A DNA stretch of 63,246 nucleotides, filler included, from Octopus bimaculoides (lineage: Eukaryota), in NCBI RefSeq assembly GCF_001194135.2. It is 8 parts of 7 records of this genome, joined end to end, with 100 filler letters (N's around TTAATTAATTAA, not from the genome) between each part and the next. Parts side by side here need not be neighbours in the genome. Positions count along the whole stretch, not along the records: positions 26,960 to 29,855 come from NC_068982.1; positions 29,956 to 49,194 come from NC_069002.1; 6 more parts are not named here. The stretch is one strand, 5' to 3'. The notes beneath the pieces are model-generated. The model was not told the DNA's origin and did not search any database. It saw only the letters and a program-made list of their open reading frames with translations. How positions within the stretch are numbered: position 1 is the first letter of the stretch; each line of letters begins with the position of its first letter. This document shows, in pieces, positions 27,060-40,650 of the stretch. Both the position numbers and the translations under genes were made by a program.

Positions 27060-29855
27060 AAGGGAAATGCTTTCGTTTCATATAGTTTAATATCTTTTTA
27101 TAAATATACACATATGAAATCCAACTAGTTTTCGCTATTTAAGTTAGCTTTTCAAGGGACATTGTGCAGTAATCAAATATCGTGACAAAGGGGTCTCGTA
27201 ATTTTAGATGTTTGAAAAATAAGAATGAGTCTAGAGAGTGAACCAAGGGAGGCAACAGGTGGCAAGGGGGACAACTGGCTCCTTAGTATAATTTTTAGTT
27301 TGGTCAAATTTGTATATTGGGATGTTCCTTGTTTAGGCGTTCTTGTACTGAGATTGAATCGTCACATTGGTATAATGGGAAGATATGAAAATTCGGCGTT
27401 TTATTACTTGCGCATCGATATGTCCGCTCAGTGCTATCTGCCAGTACTGAGGGAAACGAATCTGTTCTTTATGCAGCGTGACTCTACGTCACAAAGTAAA
27501 GCTCATTTGGCCCACAACCTGAGCAGGTTAGGACATAGATAAGGTTCTAGGAAGCACATGTGAAGTTGGTCTTAATTGAGAATTTTTGTCCTTGCTGGAA
27601 TGTGAATTCCGAGCCTTCACTTAGGTTTGGGCAAGTACCACAATTAGGTCGTCTGCATTTTTTAACTGTTGGTATCGTACGTATTGAGTATAGTTTTGCA
27701 TTTGTTAGGAGTCTCTTGAGTGATTTGTCTTGTCTTTTGCATTTTAGTAGTTTGTGTGTATTTAGGATGTTGTTCATTTTCGGGTCTTGAGTGAGCAGAG
27801 AGAGATTTTGTATAATTGTGTAGTATGCTTCATTGTTTCTGGGGTTGTGGGTTGATATGAATAGGAGTGATTTAAGGTGAGGTGTGGTCTTTTGTTTTGT
27901 TGTCCTTAGTGTGCTTGTGTCCAATTTCTTGGCACGTCTAATTCCATGTTCTATAAGTGTAGGTGGGTATTGACGTTCAATAAGTGTTATTTTGAGTTCT
28001 TGAAGGCGAAGTTCCTGAGTGGTTGTGTCAGATACAATTGTACAAATCCTTTTTGCTAGATTGAATGGGATATTTATTTTGGTGTGTTTAGGATGGCATG
28101 AACTGAAAAGGAGATACTGTTTTGAGTCTGCTGGTTTGTAGTAAATGTCAGTTGCATGTGGTTGTCGGACATTTTAAAAATCAAAACGTCCAGAAATGGG
28201 AACTGTTCCTTGCTATATTCCATTTTAAATTGGATATTGGAGTTTATATTGTTCAGTGTGGATTTTATTATAGGTTTCATTCCAGATGACAAAATAATCG
28301 TCTAGGTACCTTTTCCAGTTTTCTCTTATATACTGGTGGAATGGGGTTCCAAATTTTTGGAGTGGAAGTTCATATCGGGTAGATTCAAAGAAACCCATTA
28401 TTAGGTTCGCAAGGACAGGCGCTGCTTTCGTTCCCGTCGCAATACCGCAGTTTTGGCGGTAGTATGTTGTATCGAATAGGAAGTAATTGTTTTGTAGGAT
28501 AAACTTCAGGGATTCAATGACAAAAATCTGGTTTATGCGGTCCGGGAGAACTTTATGGTATTTTTCTAATCAGAATTTTATTGCCTCTATTCCATAGTCG
28601 TGTGGAATGTTAGTGTAGAGGTTGATGACATCGAAGGAGACTAATAGAGCTTCTTCGTTGGTGGTTTTTAGTAGATGCTCTAGCATGTCCAGATCGTCTC
28701 TAATGAAACTTTTAATGTATTTGAGGAAAGGTTTCAACAGAATGTTCAGAAAGTTGCTAAGGCGGTGTGTTTCACAGGCTGGACCAGCAATAATAGGCCT
28801 TAATTTTAAGTCTTCTGGTGTTGGAATATTTATGTATATACTTGGATTTGGTTTGCAGGCATTAGTAATTATTTGACTCTTCTGGATTTTGGGGAGGCCG
28901 TAGAAAAGGCTTGGTTTGCATTTAAAATTTGTGATAAAGTCTTTTTCTTTTTCTGTCAGGCCTTTTCCATGTTTGAGTATTAAAGATGCAAGATCTTTTA
29001 ATGTATTTTGCTGCCTATAATTTGCAAATTTTTCATAAAAGGAGTCATTTTCTAGTATGGACAATGCTAGGTTTTTATAGTATTCTGTGTCCATCAGGAC
29101 TACAACACTACTTTTGTCTGCTTCTTTGATTGTCAGGTCTTTGTCGTTTTTTAGCTGTAGTAGGTGCTTCCATGGTATGTTGTTGAAGTTAGGTACAATT
29201 TTTGGTTTATAGATAGTGTGGGGAAAATTCTGGATACGGTTGCAGAAGGAATAAATCATTCCATCCTTTTGGTGGTAGATAATTACTTTTGTTTCTCACT
29301 AGTGATTCGTCATCGTTGTTGTAGTTGGTTAGTACTTCTGTCAATCGAGGTTTTCTACAGAATTCTGCAATATTATCTTTAATTTCATTGGTATTGTGTC
29401 TACGTGGAATGGGTGTAAACTTTAAACCTTTAGCTAAAATATGGATTTTTGTTGTGGAGAGTTTTCTTAGATAAATTGATTTTGGGTTTCTACTGTAAGT
29501 TATGTTCCAACGCGTGTCCCTGTGTCTCTCTACACTGTCTAAACAACGTTGTTTGTTGTAATTAGGTTGGAATGGGCATCTCAGTATTCGGGTTGCTATT
29601 GTAGGAGTATTGTTGTGTACGTGAATTGGTTGGGATTATGTGGTGTTGGTGTTTATGTTGGAATGAGTTGTAGGGGTGTTTGGTCCTGTATGGGATGCTT
29701 TGAAGTTGTTCTCTTTGTCTGGGTGAGGAAGTTGTAATTCCGAAAGTTGTATTCCTATGTTGAGGCTCGGTAGGATCCCCTTTCTGTTTCTAGTTGCTGG
29801 AGGGAAAGAATTGAAATAATAATTGTTATTATTATTCTTCCTAGTCATGGGATGT
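27060..29855 (-). mobile_element. Penelope-like retroelement (RT + C-terminal GIY-YIG), near full-length, frameshifted
   Basis: Minus frames give LAKGLKFTPIPR, KEADKSSVVVLM, FYGLPKIQKS..LRPIIAG, LVSFDVINLYTNIPH, GIATGTKAAPVLANL, KRYLDD, then KKCRRPNCGTCPNL..FTCAS and LHKEQIRFPQY..LSGHID. It occupies almost a whole contig between two linkers. Confidence 0.9.
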
Positions 29856-29955
29856 NNNNNNNNNNNNNNNNNNNNNNNNNNNNNNNNNNNNNNNNNNNNT
29901 TAATTAATTAANNNNNNNNNNNNNNNNNNNNNNNNNNNNNNNNNNNNNNNNNNNN

Positions 29956-30033
<78 letters not shown>

Positions 30034-30909
30034 CAATAACAACAACGATAGCAATAACAACAACTAGATTCCCTTCAACACACTCAGCTCCTTTCCTTTC
30101 GACCCCCTTGACTAATTCTATGAAATTAGGTCGCTCGTAGCGTATTGTTATTCACTTCCCTTCTCTTCTAACTCGACATTGATGTCACCAAAAAGACATT
30201 GAATGTCATGTTTAAGTATTTCCTTTAATGTGACATTCAAGTGAAATTAAGAATTTTTCCTTTCATTTCGTCATCATGTCGTAAGTTGGTGCGTCGACTT
30301 AAATGACTGTTCGCTTGGTATGAGTCATAGAATGACGATCTTGTCAAATATTCTGTCATACTATCGCTGATAGCTCCACAAGACACCGACTAGAACTGCC
30401 GATTCTCAACTCTTCGACTCTCGACCCTTCCCTGACGACCGGCTACTGGTCTATTTAAAACGGCTTCTCCTACCAATTTTTACCGGGAGAGTATAGTTTC
30501 ACTATGCAACAGTGATAATGGTGAATTTCTAAAGACATCACAAGATAAATATCGAGGCAGGTGAAACATTCTAGAGAAGTGCTAAATTGCCTTCAAGATA
30601 CGTAGATTTTACATATCATTGTTTGTTTAAATAATGTTGACGTGAATTTCGACAAAACCTCATTAGGAGAAAGCTTTGAAATATACGATGTTATCAACAT
30701 TACTGGTATCGACGGAATTCCTAACGGTCTTGGGAAATGTGGAGGGAAAGCTATGGAGACAACGATTTCATCAATACAACAATACGATTTGTCGTGAATT
30801 GGAAGATACGGAAAGATGGAAAACGGACATACTGAAATTTCTTCCGTCAAACACACACACACACACACACAAATACATAAATACATACATACATATATAC
30901 ATACATATA

Positions 30910-31125
30910 TACACAAGGGGCTGCTGAAAAAGTTTCTGGCTTTAAGGGTATCGCGAAAGGCCTGCTTGGGAGCCCAACCTTCCAAGTTCTTTTTTCAGGG
31001 CTGAGAAAAACTGAAGGACCGCTGCAATAAATGTGTGTGAATCCGAGAGGGGAATGTGTTGAATAAAATCATAATTAATTGATCCTCCAATTTTTTTCTT
31101 TTTACCCAAAGCCCCTCCTCATGTA
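30910..31125 (+). mobile_element. Mariner-derived MITE
   Basis: Left TIR TA-CACAAGGGGCTGCTGAAAAGTTTCTGGCTTT; residual C-terminus KDRCNKCV..RGECVE*; partially deleted right TIR ..CCCAAAGCC-CCTCCTCATGTA. Confidence 0.65.
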
Positions 31126-32199
31126 TCACTATGCGTATGAATACATATATAAACATGTGTGTATGTGTGTGTGTGTGTGTGTGTGTGAGTACATATGCAA
31201 GTGAGACTATGGATGTTACTTAACCATCCTGTTCTTGGTCTAGCCCTAGGTCACCTGGTAGTTTGCTCGGCTTGAAGAATCCGTCTTGCAATTTTTTTCC
31301 TGCGACATTCTAATCACATTTTTGTGGCACCAGAACTTTCACTTGTAAATGCGAGAAAGTAGTGGCTCGACCGGAAAAACTTCCTGTTCTGCAAGTTAAG
31401 CATTCTGCAGAGTAACGTTACATCAGACATCCTTTGAAGAAACCCCGTTTCGGCCGCCTGTATTTGTAATCGTACTCTTTCGGTCAATATCTAACATTTA
31501 TAACCATTGGCGAGGATAGGGACGGAAACCGAACCGAGGATTGCAAGTTTAGCTTTTTTTTTTTTTTACCAATCACTCCACTTCCGAGGATCGAATGTTG
31601 AAGCTGGCACGTTTCTATCTCTGCATCTTCAATTCTTTAGACATTAAATTTGAAATTATTAGAACGTCTGATCGTGGGATAAAACAAAACTAAGATCAGA
31701 ACAGGGTAAGACATAAATGAGCCAACGGTAATTACGGAAAGAGAGAACGAGGACCGAGATTAAGGTAGAGTGGTGTATACATCGTTAAATATGCAGTATG
31801 CTAGGAATTGAAGTCCAACAATTGTTGAGATGGCAAATCTATAAATACCTCGGTTGGGGGATTTTGTAATCAGAAACTAATTCTAATTGACACCAAGAAT
31901 ATTATGATCAAAGCGTTTTTTTCGCAACTGAACGAAAATAAATATCAAGAGGTGACTGTAACATTTCGTGCCAGTAAATGTTGGTTAGAAAATGTCAAAC
32001 CTCAAACAGCAATGAAAAAACATAAAAATAACAGAATGTACGAGTGCACAGAACGTGTTAGATAAATGTATTCCTATGTTTAAAGAAATTAATCTAAGAA
32101 AATAATTACAAAGGTAGTCGAAGCAAATGTTCAGCAATGACGAAACCGACATTTCTAGAAGAAAATGTATCAAGGGATTTTGCTTTATCTTTTTACTTT

Positions 32200-32520
32200 T
32201 TACTTGCTTCGATCATTGGACTGCGGCCATGCTAGGGCACAGTCTTGACGGGTTTAGTGGAACAAATGCACCCAACTACCCAGTATTTTTAAGATCTGTT
32301 TTGCTGAACCGCTAAGTTCGTTGGATGAACGTAAGCCAACATCGAGTTGTCACAAGCACAAAGGCTTCCACGCAGTTTCCGTAGGCCAAACTCATTCAGA
32401 AGACATTGGTCGGTCCGGGGCGATAGTACAAGACACTTGTCGAAGTTGCAACGCAGTGGGACTGAACTCGAAACCATATGGTTGGAAAGCAAATTACTTA
32501 CTATACAAGCACGCCTGCAA
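32200..32520 (-). mobile_element. SINE family A copy, diverged
   Basis: Reverse-complement motifs CTGCGGCCATGCT, GAACCGCTAAGTT, AGACACTTG, CAGTGGGACTGAAC. Confidence 0.7.
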
Positions 32521-34782
32521 CTAGAAGACACTTACGCAAAATGCCGCCTTTGGGGTTTTTGTTTTTGTCTTTTGTTTTTTTTTTTTTTAATAAGTGAAGC
32601 ACCACAACCAACATCAAAAGACCGATTAAACCTTTTTACTTGGAGGCAATGCTGAGAGAGACTTTGAAGTAAAGCTGATACCTATTTGTCAGCTGATGCA
32701 TCCTGGGCCTTTCAATAACCTTTCCTTAACATTGGCAGCCGAATATAACGGTATAAGACCTTAAAGCCTTATTTAAACATTAGCTCACATCACATTTTCA
32801 TACAGAATTTAAAAGTTATTACAGAAAAATTTTTTATTTAGCTTTCAAAGTTCCAACAATTTTTTTATATACTCAGAGCATCTTAACGCCATAGTGGTTT
32901 TTGTACTTACGTATAAAGTACAATGAATCCAGCAGTCTCTTTTGAGTGTGTATGGTTTGGAAACTAGTACCATACTTTTGCTAACTGCTTCAGATGCCTT
33001 TTGCAGTTGCAAGCAAACAGAGACCCTTTTTGGTTCCCCCTTAATCTTAACCCAAGGGAATATCCAGGATGTGACAGCTAGTGAGGGGAGAAGGCTGCTT
33101 AAAAAATGGTTTGCGAGATTTCTTCCAACTTTTTATGTTCTGATTTCAAATGCCACCGATGCCAACTGTCTTTCATTCGATAAAAGGAGGTATAAGGGTT
33201 ATGAGAGCCGATGTAGTCGACTTGCCCCTCCCCTTGAAATTGCTAATTTTAACCTTGCAATTGACCGACGTCGCATTCAGGGAAATGTTGTGATTTCAGT
33301 CCCTTATAAGTCATGGAAACTGGGTCCTAAGGTTCAAGAAAAATAAAAAGAAAAAAGACTGGAGCAATGTGGAATGAAGTGTCTCCTTCAAGAGCATAAC
33401 GCACCGCTTAGGATTTGAACCTCGACCTGAGAATCGTTATCCGAATAAATAACCATTAGCAACAAGACTGTACGCCCTGGAAGTTACATTTTTACCACCA
33501 AGTACGACAGCGTTTTTAAATCGATTGAACAACAATTTACTTCTGGAGGAGTTTGAATTTGCTGTTCACTAACAGTGAATGACAGGGAAAGAACTTCATG
33601 AATTTCTTGGGGATAAAGAATTGGCCAACAACGATAAATGGATACGAATCGAAATGTTGACATAAATTTGCTCATTCGCCAAGGTTTACATAATCAAATT
33701 GCTTGTTAACGAAAAATATATGCAAAGCTGGAAAAACAAAAAGCTAAAACCAGTTGAAAATAAACACTTTATAAATTTCTTTCTACAACAATAAACAAAA
33801 TGTATAAATAAAAATTATTTTCGGTAATTCCAAAGTGCTTTATTTATTTATTTTTTTTTCTTGGATTTCTTATAATTATTCCTATTGATTTTTAAATTTG
33901 ATTAACTTTGTTTTGCTTGGTATATGCGAGTAAACCAGACCGGCTGCGGGAAGTTAATTTAATCGTGTTAAGCAAGGGACGCCTGTATGTAGAAATATTT
34001 ACCACTCCTACCACTGAAATCATTTAAGTGAATGCTCAAAAAAGGCAAGCCGAGATTCTCCTCTCTAAACAAACCTATTTACATTGTTGCAAGATAAGAT
34101 AGAAATACATACAGAGCAACAACATAAATTTAACATCCACACTCTTCTTCACTTCATAAGTATATAAAACAGAAGCATTTTCACATTTCTAATAATACGT
34201 AAGACAAAATCTAAGAAGGAGTGAGAGATATAAGATAGTTTAATTTTTCAGATTTTTCGGTAGTTTTTGTTTACATTCTCTCACAAAAGGCCCTTGGGAT
34301 ATAAAAAGACTGCATACTTAAATATGACTGTTCTGTTGTGAGGTTCCCTGGGGCTTTCATATTAAGGCCAGGATGGTATGTATGCAAATACGTGTTTGTG
34401 TAAATAAAGTTTAGATACGGTATATGTGTGTTTGTGCCCGCATGTGTGCTTTGATGTATGTATATGTAAATATACTAAATATGTATATATATAGACATAC
34501 ACACTCAGACACAGACGCATATCTATATGCATCTATATATTCGTATATATATATATATATATATAATTATGTGTATTTCTTCTATCTTAATGAATAAAAA
34601 TTCTTCTGATAGAATAAATGGGTTAATAGAAACCAATGTAGCAAAGAACACAAAATAACTGTGGTTAGCTCCTGTTTTTAAGGCAGGAACTCCTTGAAAT
34701 TTTGGGTATTTGANNNNNNNNNNTACATACATGTATGCATGTATATTTCTGTATATGCATATGTATGTATATAAACATATAA

Positions 34783-34822
<40 letters not shown>

Positions 34823-34985
34823 AGATATGTGCGTATATCACTTTTGGTCGTAGATGCACTTGGCTGAGGTAAATGAATTAGATTTAGCTTGTATATAAAT
34901 GTGAACATTTGTATATGCGCTTGTGGATATGTGATATTCGTACGGGTGTGTATAAATGTTTATAATTATGTAAATTAAGTTGTAC

Positions 34986-35038
34986 CATACTGATGACGGT
35001 AAAGGGAGTTACATCCCTAAACTGGAAATCGATCTCTG
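34986..35038 (+). ncRNA. Type I hammerhead ribozyme-like motif with intact catalytic core
   Basis: CATA-CTGATGA-CGGT[AAAGGGAGTTACATCCCTAA]ACTG-GAAA-TCGA-TC-TCTG; palindromic ATCGAT stem III, AUC cleavage triplet, one mismatch in stem I. Confidence 0.5.
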
Positions 35039-35243
35039 ATTAAAATTTTTAAAAAAATCTGTTTTGTTCACCTCCATCGCTTTCAGCTCGTGCAATGTGT
35101 TAAATAATGTAGTCGTTACAGCTATTTGACGTCTATTTCTAGCATGTGACGCTACTCATTAGTGCCCTTATCATAATCATATTTATGTAATTATATATTT
35201 TGTAGATACATACACACGTACACACACACACAGATAGATAGAC

Positions 35244-35296
<53 letters not shown>

Positions 35297-35297
35297 C

Positions 35298-35334
<37 letters not shown>

Positions 35335-35789
35335 TTATAACAGTTATTATAGTCCACTCTGCATCGTTGTGCCATTCAACAAACGTTATATTATATATAT
35401 ATATATATNNNNNNNNNNNNNNNNNNNNNNNNNNNNNNNNNNNNNNNNNNNNNNNNNNNNNNNNNNNNNNNNNNNNNNNNNNNNNNNNNNNNNNNNNNNN
35501 NNNNNNNNNNNNNNNNNNNNNNNNNNNNNNNATTATATGTATTTCTTCTATCTTAATGAATAAAAATTCTTCGGATAGAATAAATGGGTTAATAGAAACC
35601 AATGTAGCAAAGAACACAAAATAACTGTGGTGTAGTTCCTGTTTTTAAGGCAGGAACTCCTTGAAATTTTGGGTATTTGAGTATATTTAAAAATTTTAAG
35701 AATGGAGAAAACGCATGTTATAATTGCATACTTTATTCCTACATATGTTTCAAAGGATTACAACCTGTGTGATATATATATATATATGT

Positions 35790-36189
35790 ATATAACAACT
35801 TGCAGGGGATTTCCAGTTGCCTTAAGAAGTTTTGAAGTTTCAATGGGATTAAGCCCAACTCTTCTCCGTTCACCACTGGTATCGCTTTTACATTATCCTC
35901 TCGCATTCCATACAATCTTGCCATTTCCACTTTCAATTCGGAGTACTTGGTGATTTTTTTCAATCACTTTACTCAGAACATTCATGTTATTCGGTATGGC
36001 TACATCAATGAACAGGCAGTGTTTGTCTCTCTTATTCAACATGACAATATCCGGTCGACGGTGTTCGATTACACGATCCGTCTGAAAATCATTGTTCCGG
36101 AGTATCGTTACCTTTCCATCCTTCTGCATAACATTGCTTGGTACATGCTCATACCATTTCACTGTTACTTCATGTTAGTATTCACGGCA

Positions 36190-36190
<1 letters not shown>
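35790..36190 (-). mobile_element. R4/Dong-like LINE 3' end with REL endonuclease
   Basis: KWYEHVP..KVTILRNNDFQTDRVIEHRRPDIV..KHCLFIDVAIP..KVIEK / KITKYSELKVEMARL..AIPVV..LGLIP (PD-D/ExK); adjoining (TAG)n tract. Confidence 0.85.
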
Positions 36191-36221
<31 letters not shown>

Positions 36222-37474
36222 TTTTCATTTATTATTAAAAGGTATTATTGAATGTTGTTTAGTTTCAGCTTTCGTCTTGTACTTGAGATAATCATAAATA
36301 TGTGAGTGCTGAAGTTAAGAGATACAAAGAGGAGCTGGTCGACAGTGTGTCTATGTTTGCACGTGACTATATAGGCAACTAAAACTATTGGCAAAGTATG
36401 GTATATTTTTAAGCTATACTCGCTCGCGAGTAGCGGTTGTACTTATTAATAGTAAAGAGCAGAAAAATTAATTTAAGAAATCTGTAGGTGGTATAAAGGT
36501 GATGTAGTTATCTGGAAATACAAAAGTGGCTTATTTTTAGGTGTGAGATACCCAGATTTTTGGTTTCTGTCAGAAACTCTAAAACTTTTACCTATGTGAA
36601 AAAGATCAATAAATATATTATGAAAGATAAGAGAAAAATAATTTGGTTGAAGATAAGAGGCATGTTTTGCTGATAAACATAATTTCAAAGTTGCTAATTG
36701 TATTTGGAAAGTAATAAATACATTTAGTATTGATAAACATAATTTGTCAGTTAATAATTACATTTTGAAAGCCACTGGAACTGGCAAGCTAGAAATGTGT
36801 GCGTCGGTATGGATCGTAGAGAACTGTACACCCGAGGAGTGCAAATGCGTTCATACGTATATCAATCTATCTACTTCTTTACCTCTTTCTCTTTCTGTAC
36901 ACACACACACACACACACACATGCATGTAAGTATATATGTATGTAGGTAGGTAGGTAAGTAGGTAGGTAGGTAGGTAGGTAGGATTTATATATATGTTAT
37001 ACACACCCACACACGCAGGCATAAACGTATTAGTGTATCTTTGAAGCTATTGTTTCCATTGCGTGTATCGAGGTAGAATTTTTGAAGAATAGCTTTACCA
37101 AAATTGCTAAACTTCTGCTTACACAATCATACACGTCGCCTCTGAAAACACACACACACAGAGGCACACAACTACACGCATTCACGCACATACACACGCA
37201 CACATACACACACACACTCCTCTATACATTTACCATAATTATATGAAAATAGAACAACGTATCAAGATGAAATTGATACATTATTGCCTAGATTCTCGCT
37301 GTTCTGCTCGCACCCTATGAATCATTATCTCAAAATATATTTTAAAATATTCGTATTAGAAAACTTAAAGCCTATTTTGAAAGTGCGATTAAAATATTTT
37401 CTAATGATGGTAATATAACACATTTTAATGGTAGAAAATTCATACATACATACACACATACACACACGCGTGTT

Positions 37475-37528
<54 letters not shown>

Positions 37529-37572
37529 NNNNNNNNNNATATATATACACACACACACGCAAACACACAAAC

Positions 37573-37667
<95 letters not shown>

Positions 37668-37684
37668 CGGTTGCTGAAATTAGA

Positions 37685-38520
37685 AGAAAATATTTTCATA
37701 GTGTGTCATAAATTATATTTTGGAAACAGCTATATTAAAACATATTTTGTCGATAAATATAAAATGTATTTTGGTGATAAATATATGAAAATATATTTTA
37801 GTTCTAAAAGATTTTCTTCATATATATTTTTGGTGGTAAGTGTGAAAAAAAAGGTGCTTTCGTCAAAGAAATCTAAGGAAATATATTTTGGTGAATGATG
37901 TAATAAAATATATTTTGGGCGTGGAAATTTTAATGAAAAAGTGTTAATGGTTGCAATAAATTATTTTTTTCGTGGAAGGAAATAAAATCTATTTTGCTAG
38001 CAAAAATTATGAAATATATTTTGGCCGTAGGAATATTAAAATATATTGTGGTGGTAGAAATAAAATATATTTTGGTGCTGACAAAAATAGAAAATATTTT
38101 GTTGAGAGAAATTTAGTGGCAAAAAACAAAATGTATATATATATGTTTAACAGAAATGAAATGTACTTTGATGGCAGGTATACTGAATTATAGTCTGACA
38201 CTATGAATAAAATACATTTTGGTGAGAGAAATGTAATTTGGTGATAAGAGTAAAGTACATTTTGTTGGTAAAAATAAATATATTTTGATAATAGACATAA
38301 TAAATTATAGTTTGACTTTATAAGTGAAATATATTTTTGTGACAGAAATATAATATATTTTGGAGGTAAATGTAAAAGTTTTTACATGGAGAGAGAAAAT
38401 GTATTTTATAGTAGATATAATAAAATATATTTTTACTTTATTAACGAAATATATTTTTGGGAGGGAACTAAAATATATTGTATTTTATAAAATATATATC
38501 TTGGTATAACTAAATGTATG
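37685..38520. repeat. Degenerate AT-rich minisatellite, ~20-25-bp unit AAATATATTTTGG(T/C)G
   Basis: Motif AAA(A)T(A/G)TATTTT(G)G recurs dozens of times at short spacing. Confidence 0.75.
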
Positions 38521-39019
38521 ATCTAACATACAGAAAAAAAAACACAAGAACGAGGTGAAAGAACAATACAACAAGGTGTATTAGATTGACACTCAGGGAA
38601 AATGGATGTCTTTAATGTTTTGAGTACACACTCTTCTTCAGAAAGAATGCATGAGAAGGGGAAAAAGTAAGATAGAAAAAGCGTATTGTGAATTAAATGA
38701 TGAAGGCATGCTGAAATATATGTTGACGGTTACGTATGATAAAATATATCTTAATGGTAGGTATGAATAAAATATATATTTTACTGATATAAATAAATTA
38801 TATTTTAGTCGTAAAAATTATAAAATAGATTTTGGTAGAAAAAATATTTTTTTCTGTGAGAAGAAACGTAATTTAAGAATCGGTGACATTTCTGTTTACT
38901 GCTTATTTTTAAAAAAAGTCTCTTACAGAATTTGAAAAAGAAATTTTTTTTTTCCAGTTGATAAATATAGGATATTAATGATTTCTGACAAAGACACATG
39001 ACCTCAAAGTTATAGAGTA

Positions 39020-39865
39020 ATGATGGCAACGACGACGACGATGACGATGATGATGATGATTATAGTGATGATGATGAGAAGTGGAGGAGGATTTTGATAA
39101 TGATGATGATAATGATGATGATGGTGGTGATGGTGATAACGATAATGATGATTACAGCGATGGTGAGGACAAGCAGAGGAGGAGGTTGAAGATGATGGCG
39201 ATAATGATGATGATGATGATGATCGTGATAATGGTGATGACGAGGGGTAGGTGAAAGAGAGTTAGTGGTAGTAGATATGTGATGGTAGTGATGGGGTGGT
39301 AGCGGTGGGAGTTATGGCAGTGATGGTGGTGGTAGTGGTGGTGGTGGTGGTGGTGGTGGTGGTGGTGGGGATGATGGTGTAGTTGTTGTTGATGGTATCA
39401 CTACTGCTCGTAGTACTTGTTGCGGTGGGNNNNNNNNNNNNNNNNNNNNNNNNNNNNNNNNNNNNNNNNNNNNNNNNNNNNNNNNNNNNNNNNNNNNNNN
39501 NNNNNNNNNNTGCTGCTGTTGCTGACAATGAAGATGGCGGTGATAAAGATGCGGATAATGATGATGAAGAGGACGAGAAGGCTGAGAATGATAATGATGG
39601 GATGATGATGATGGTGGTGGTGGTGGTGATGATGATGAGGATGATGATGGTTGTGGTGGTGGTGATGATATTGATGATGGTGATGATGATAATGGTGATG
39701 GTGATGATGATGATGGTGAGGATGATGATGATGATGGTGGTGGTGGTGGTGATGATTATAGTGGTGGTGGTGATGACGATGGTGGTGGTGGTAGTGATGA
39801 TGATGATAATCACGATGACAGTCGTGGTAGTGGTAGTTATGTTGGTTATGATGTTGCTGTTGTTG

Positions 39866-39913
<48 letters not shown>

Positions 39914-39930
39914 GTGGTGGTGGTGGTCAT
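39020..39930. repeat. Complex (GAT)/(GGT)/(GCT)n trinucleotide array
   Basis: Visible directly. Confidence 0.95.
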
Positions 39931-40388
39931 GTTTGTTCTAGTAATTAAGATAAAAGAGATATTACAAGCGAGAGGTATCATCGTTCTCAACAAGCACTCC
40001 TCTCACCAACACCATTACAGCAACACTTATTAGAACTAACCAAGAAAAAGCCCTCGCCACCGGCGCCGGCGCCACAAAGGCCTCCACCACCACCACAACA
40101 ACAACCACACAAAAAGAAGAAACAAACACAAAAAAAACATGTAGGAAGACAATTGAGTGAATTTCCAACTCACTATCGATCTAGGAGTATATCTGAACTC
40201 TAGCATCGATCGATCTTCGGAGTATTTTAACTCTAGGATTATATTTCCAATGAATTTATCAGGATTTGATGCCGGAATAAGAAGCTGCTTCTCATTTTCT
40301 AGTTTTCTCATTTTCTGACCAATCAGTAGCGACTTTCAGATGGAAGGTTTGTGTATTGTGTACGGTGTATGGTGGTCGATGTTAGTAA

Positions 40389-40435
<47 letters not shown>

Positions 40436-40618
40436 AGAGAGAAGAGGGGAGACGGAACAACAGAGAAGTTAAGAGAGAGAGTAGAAAGAGAGTAAGGAAG
40501 AAAATATTCGTGTGAGAGCGAAGGAGAGAGAGATTGATATTATAAATACATACGTATTATTCATATGCAAATATATATACGTATATACATATATACACAT
40601 GTGTGTGTGTGTTTGCGA

Positions 40619-40650
<32 letters not shown>

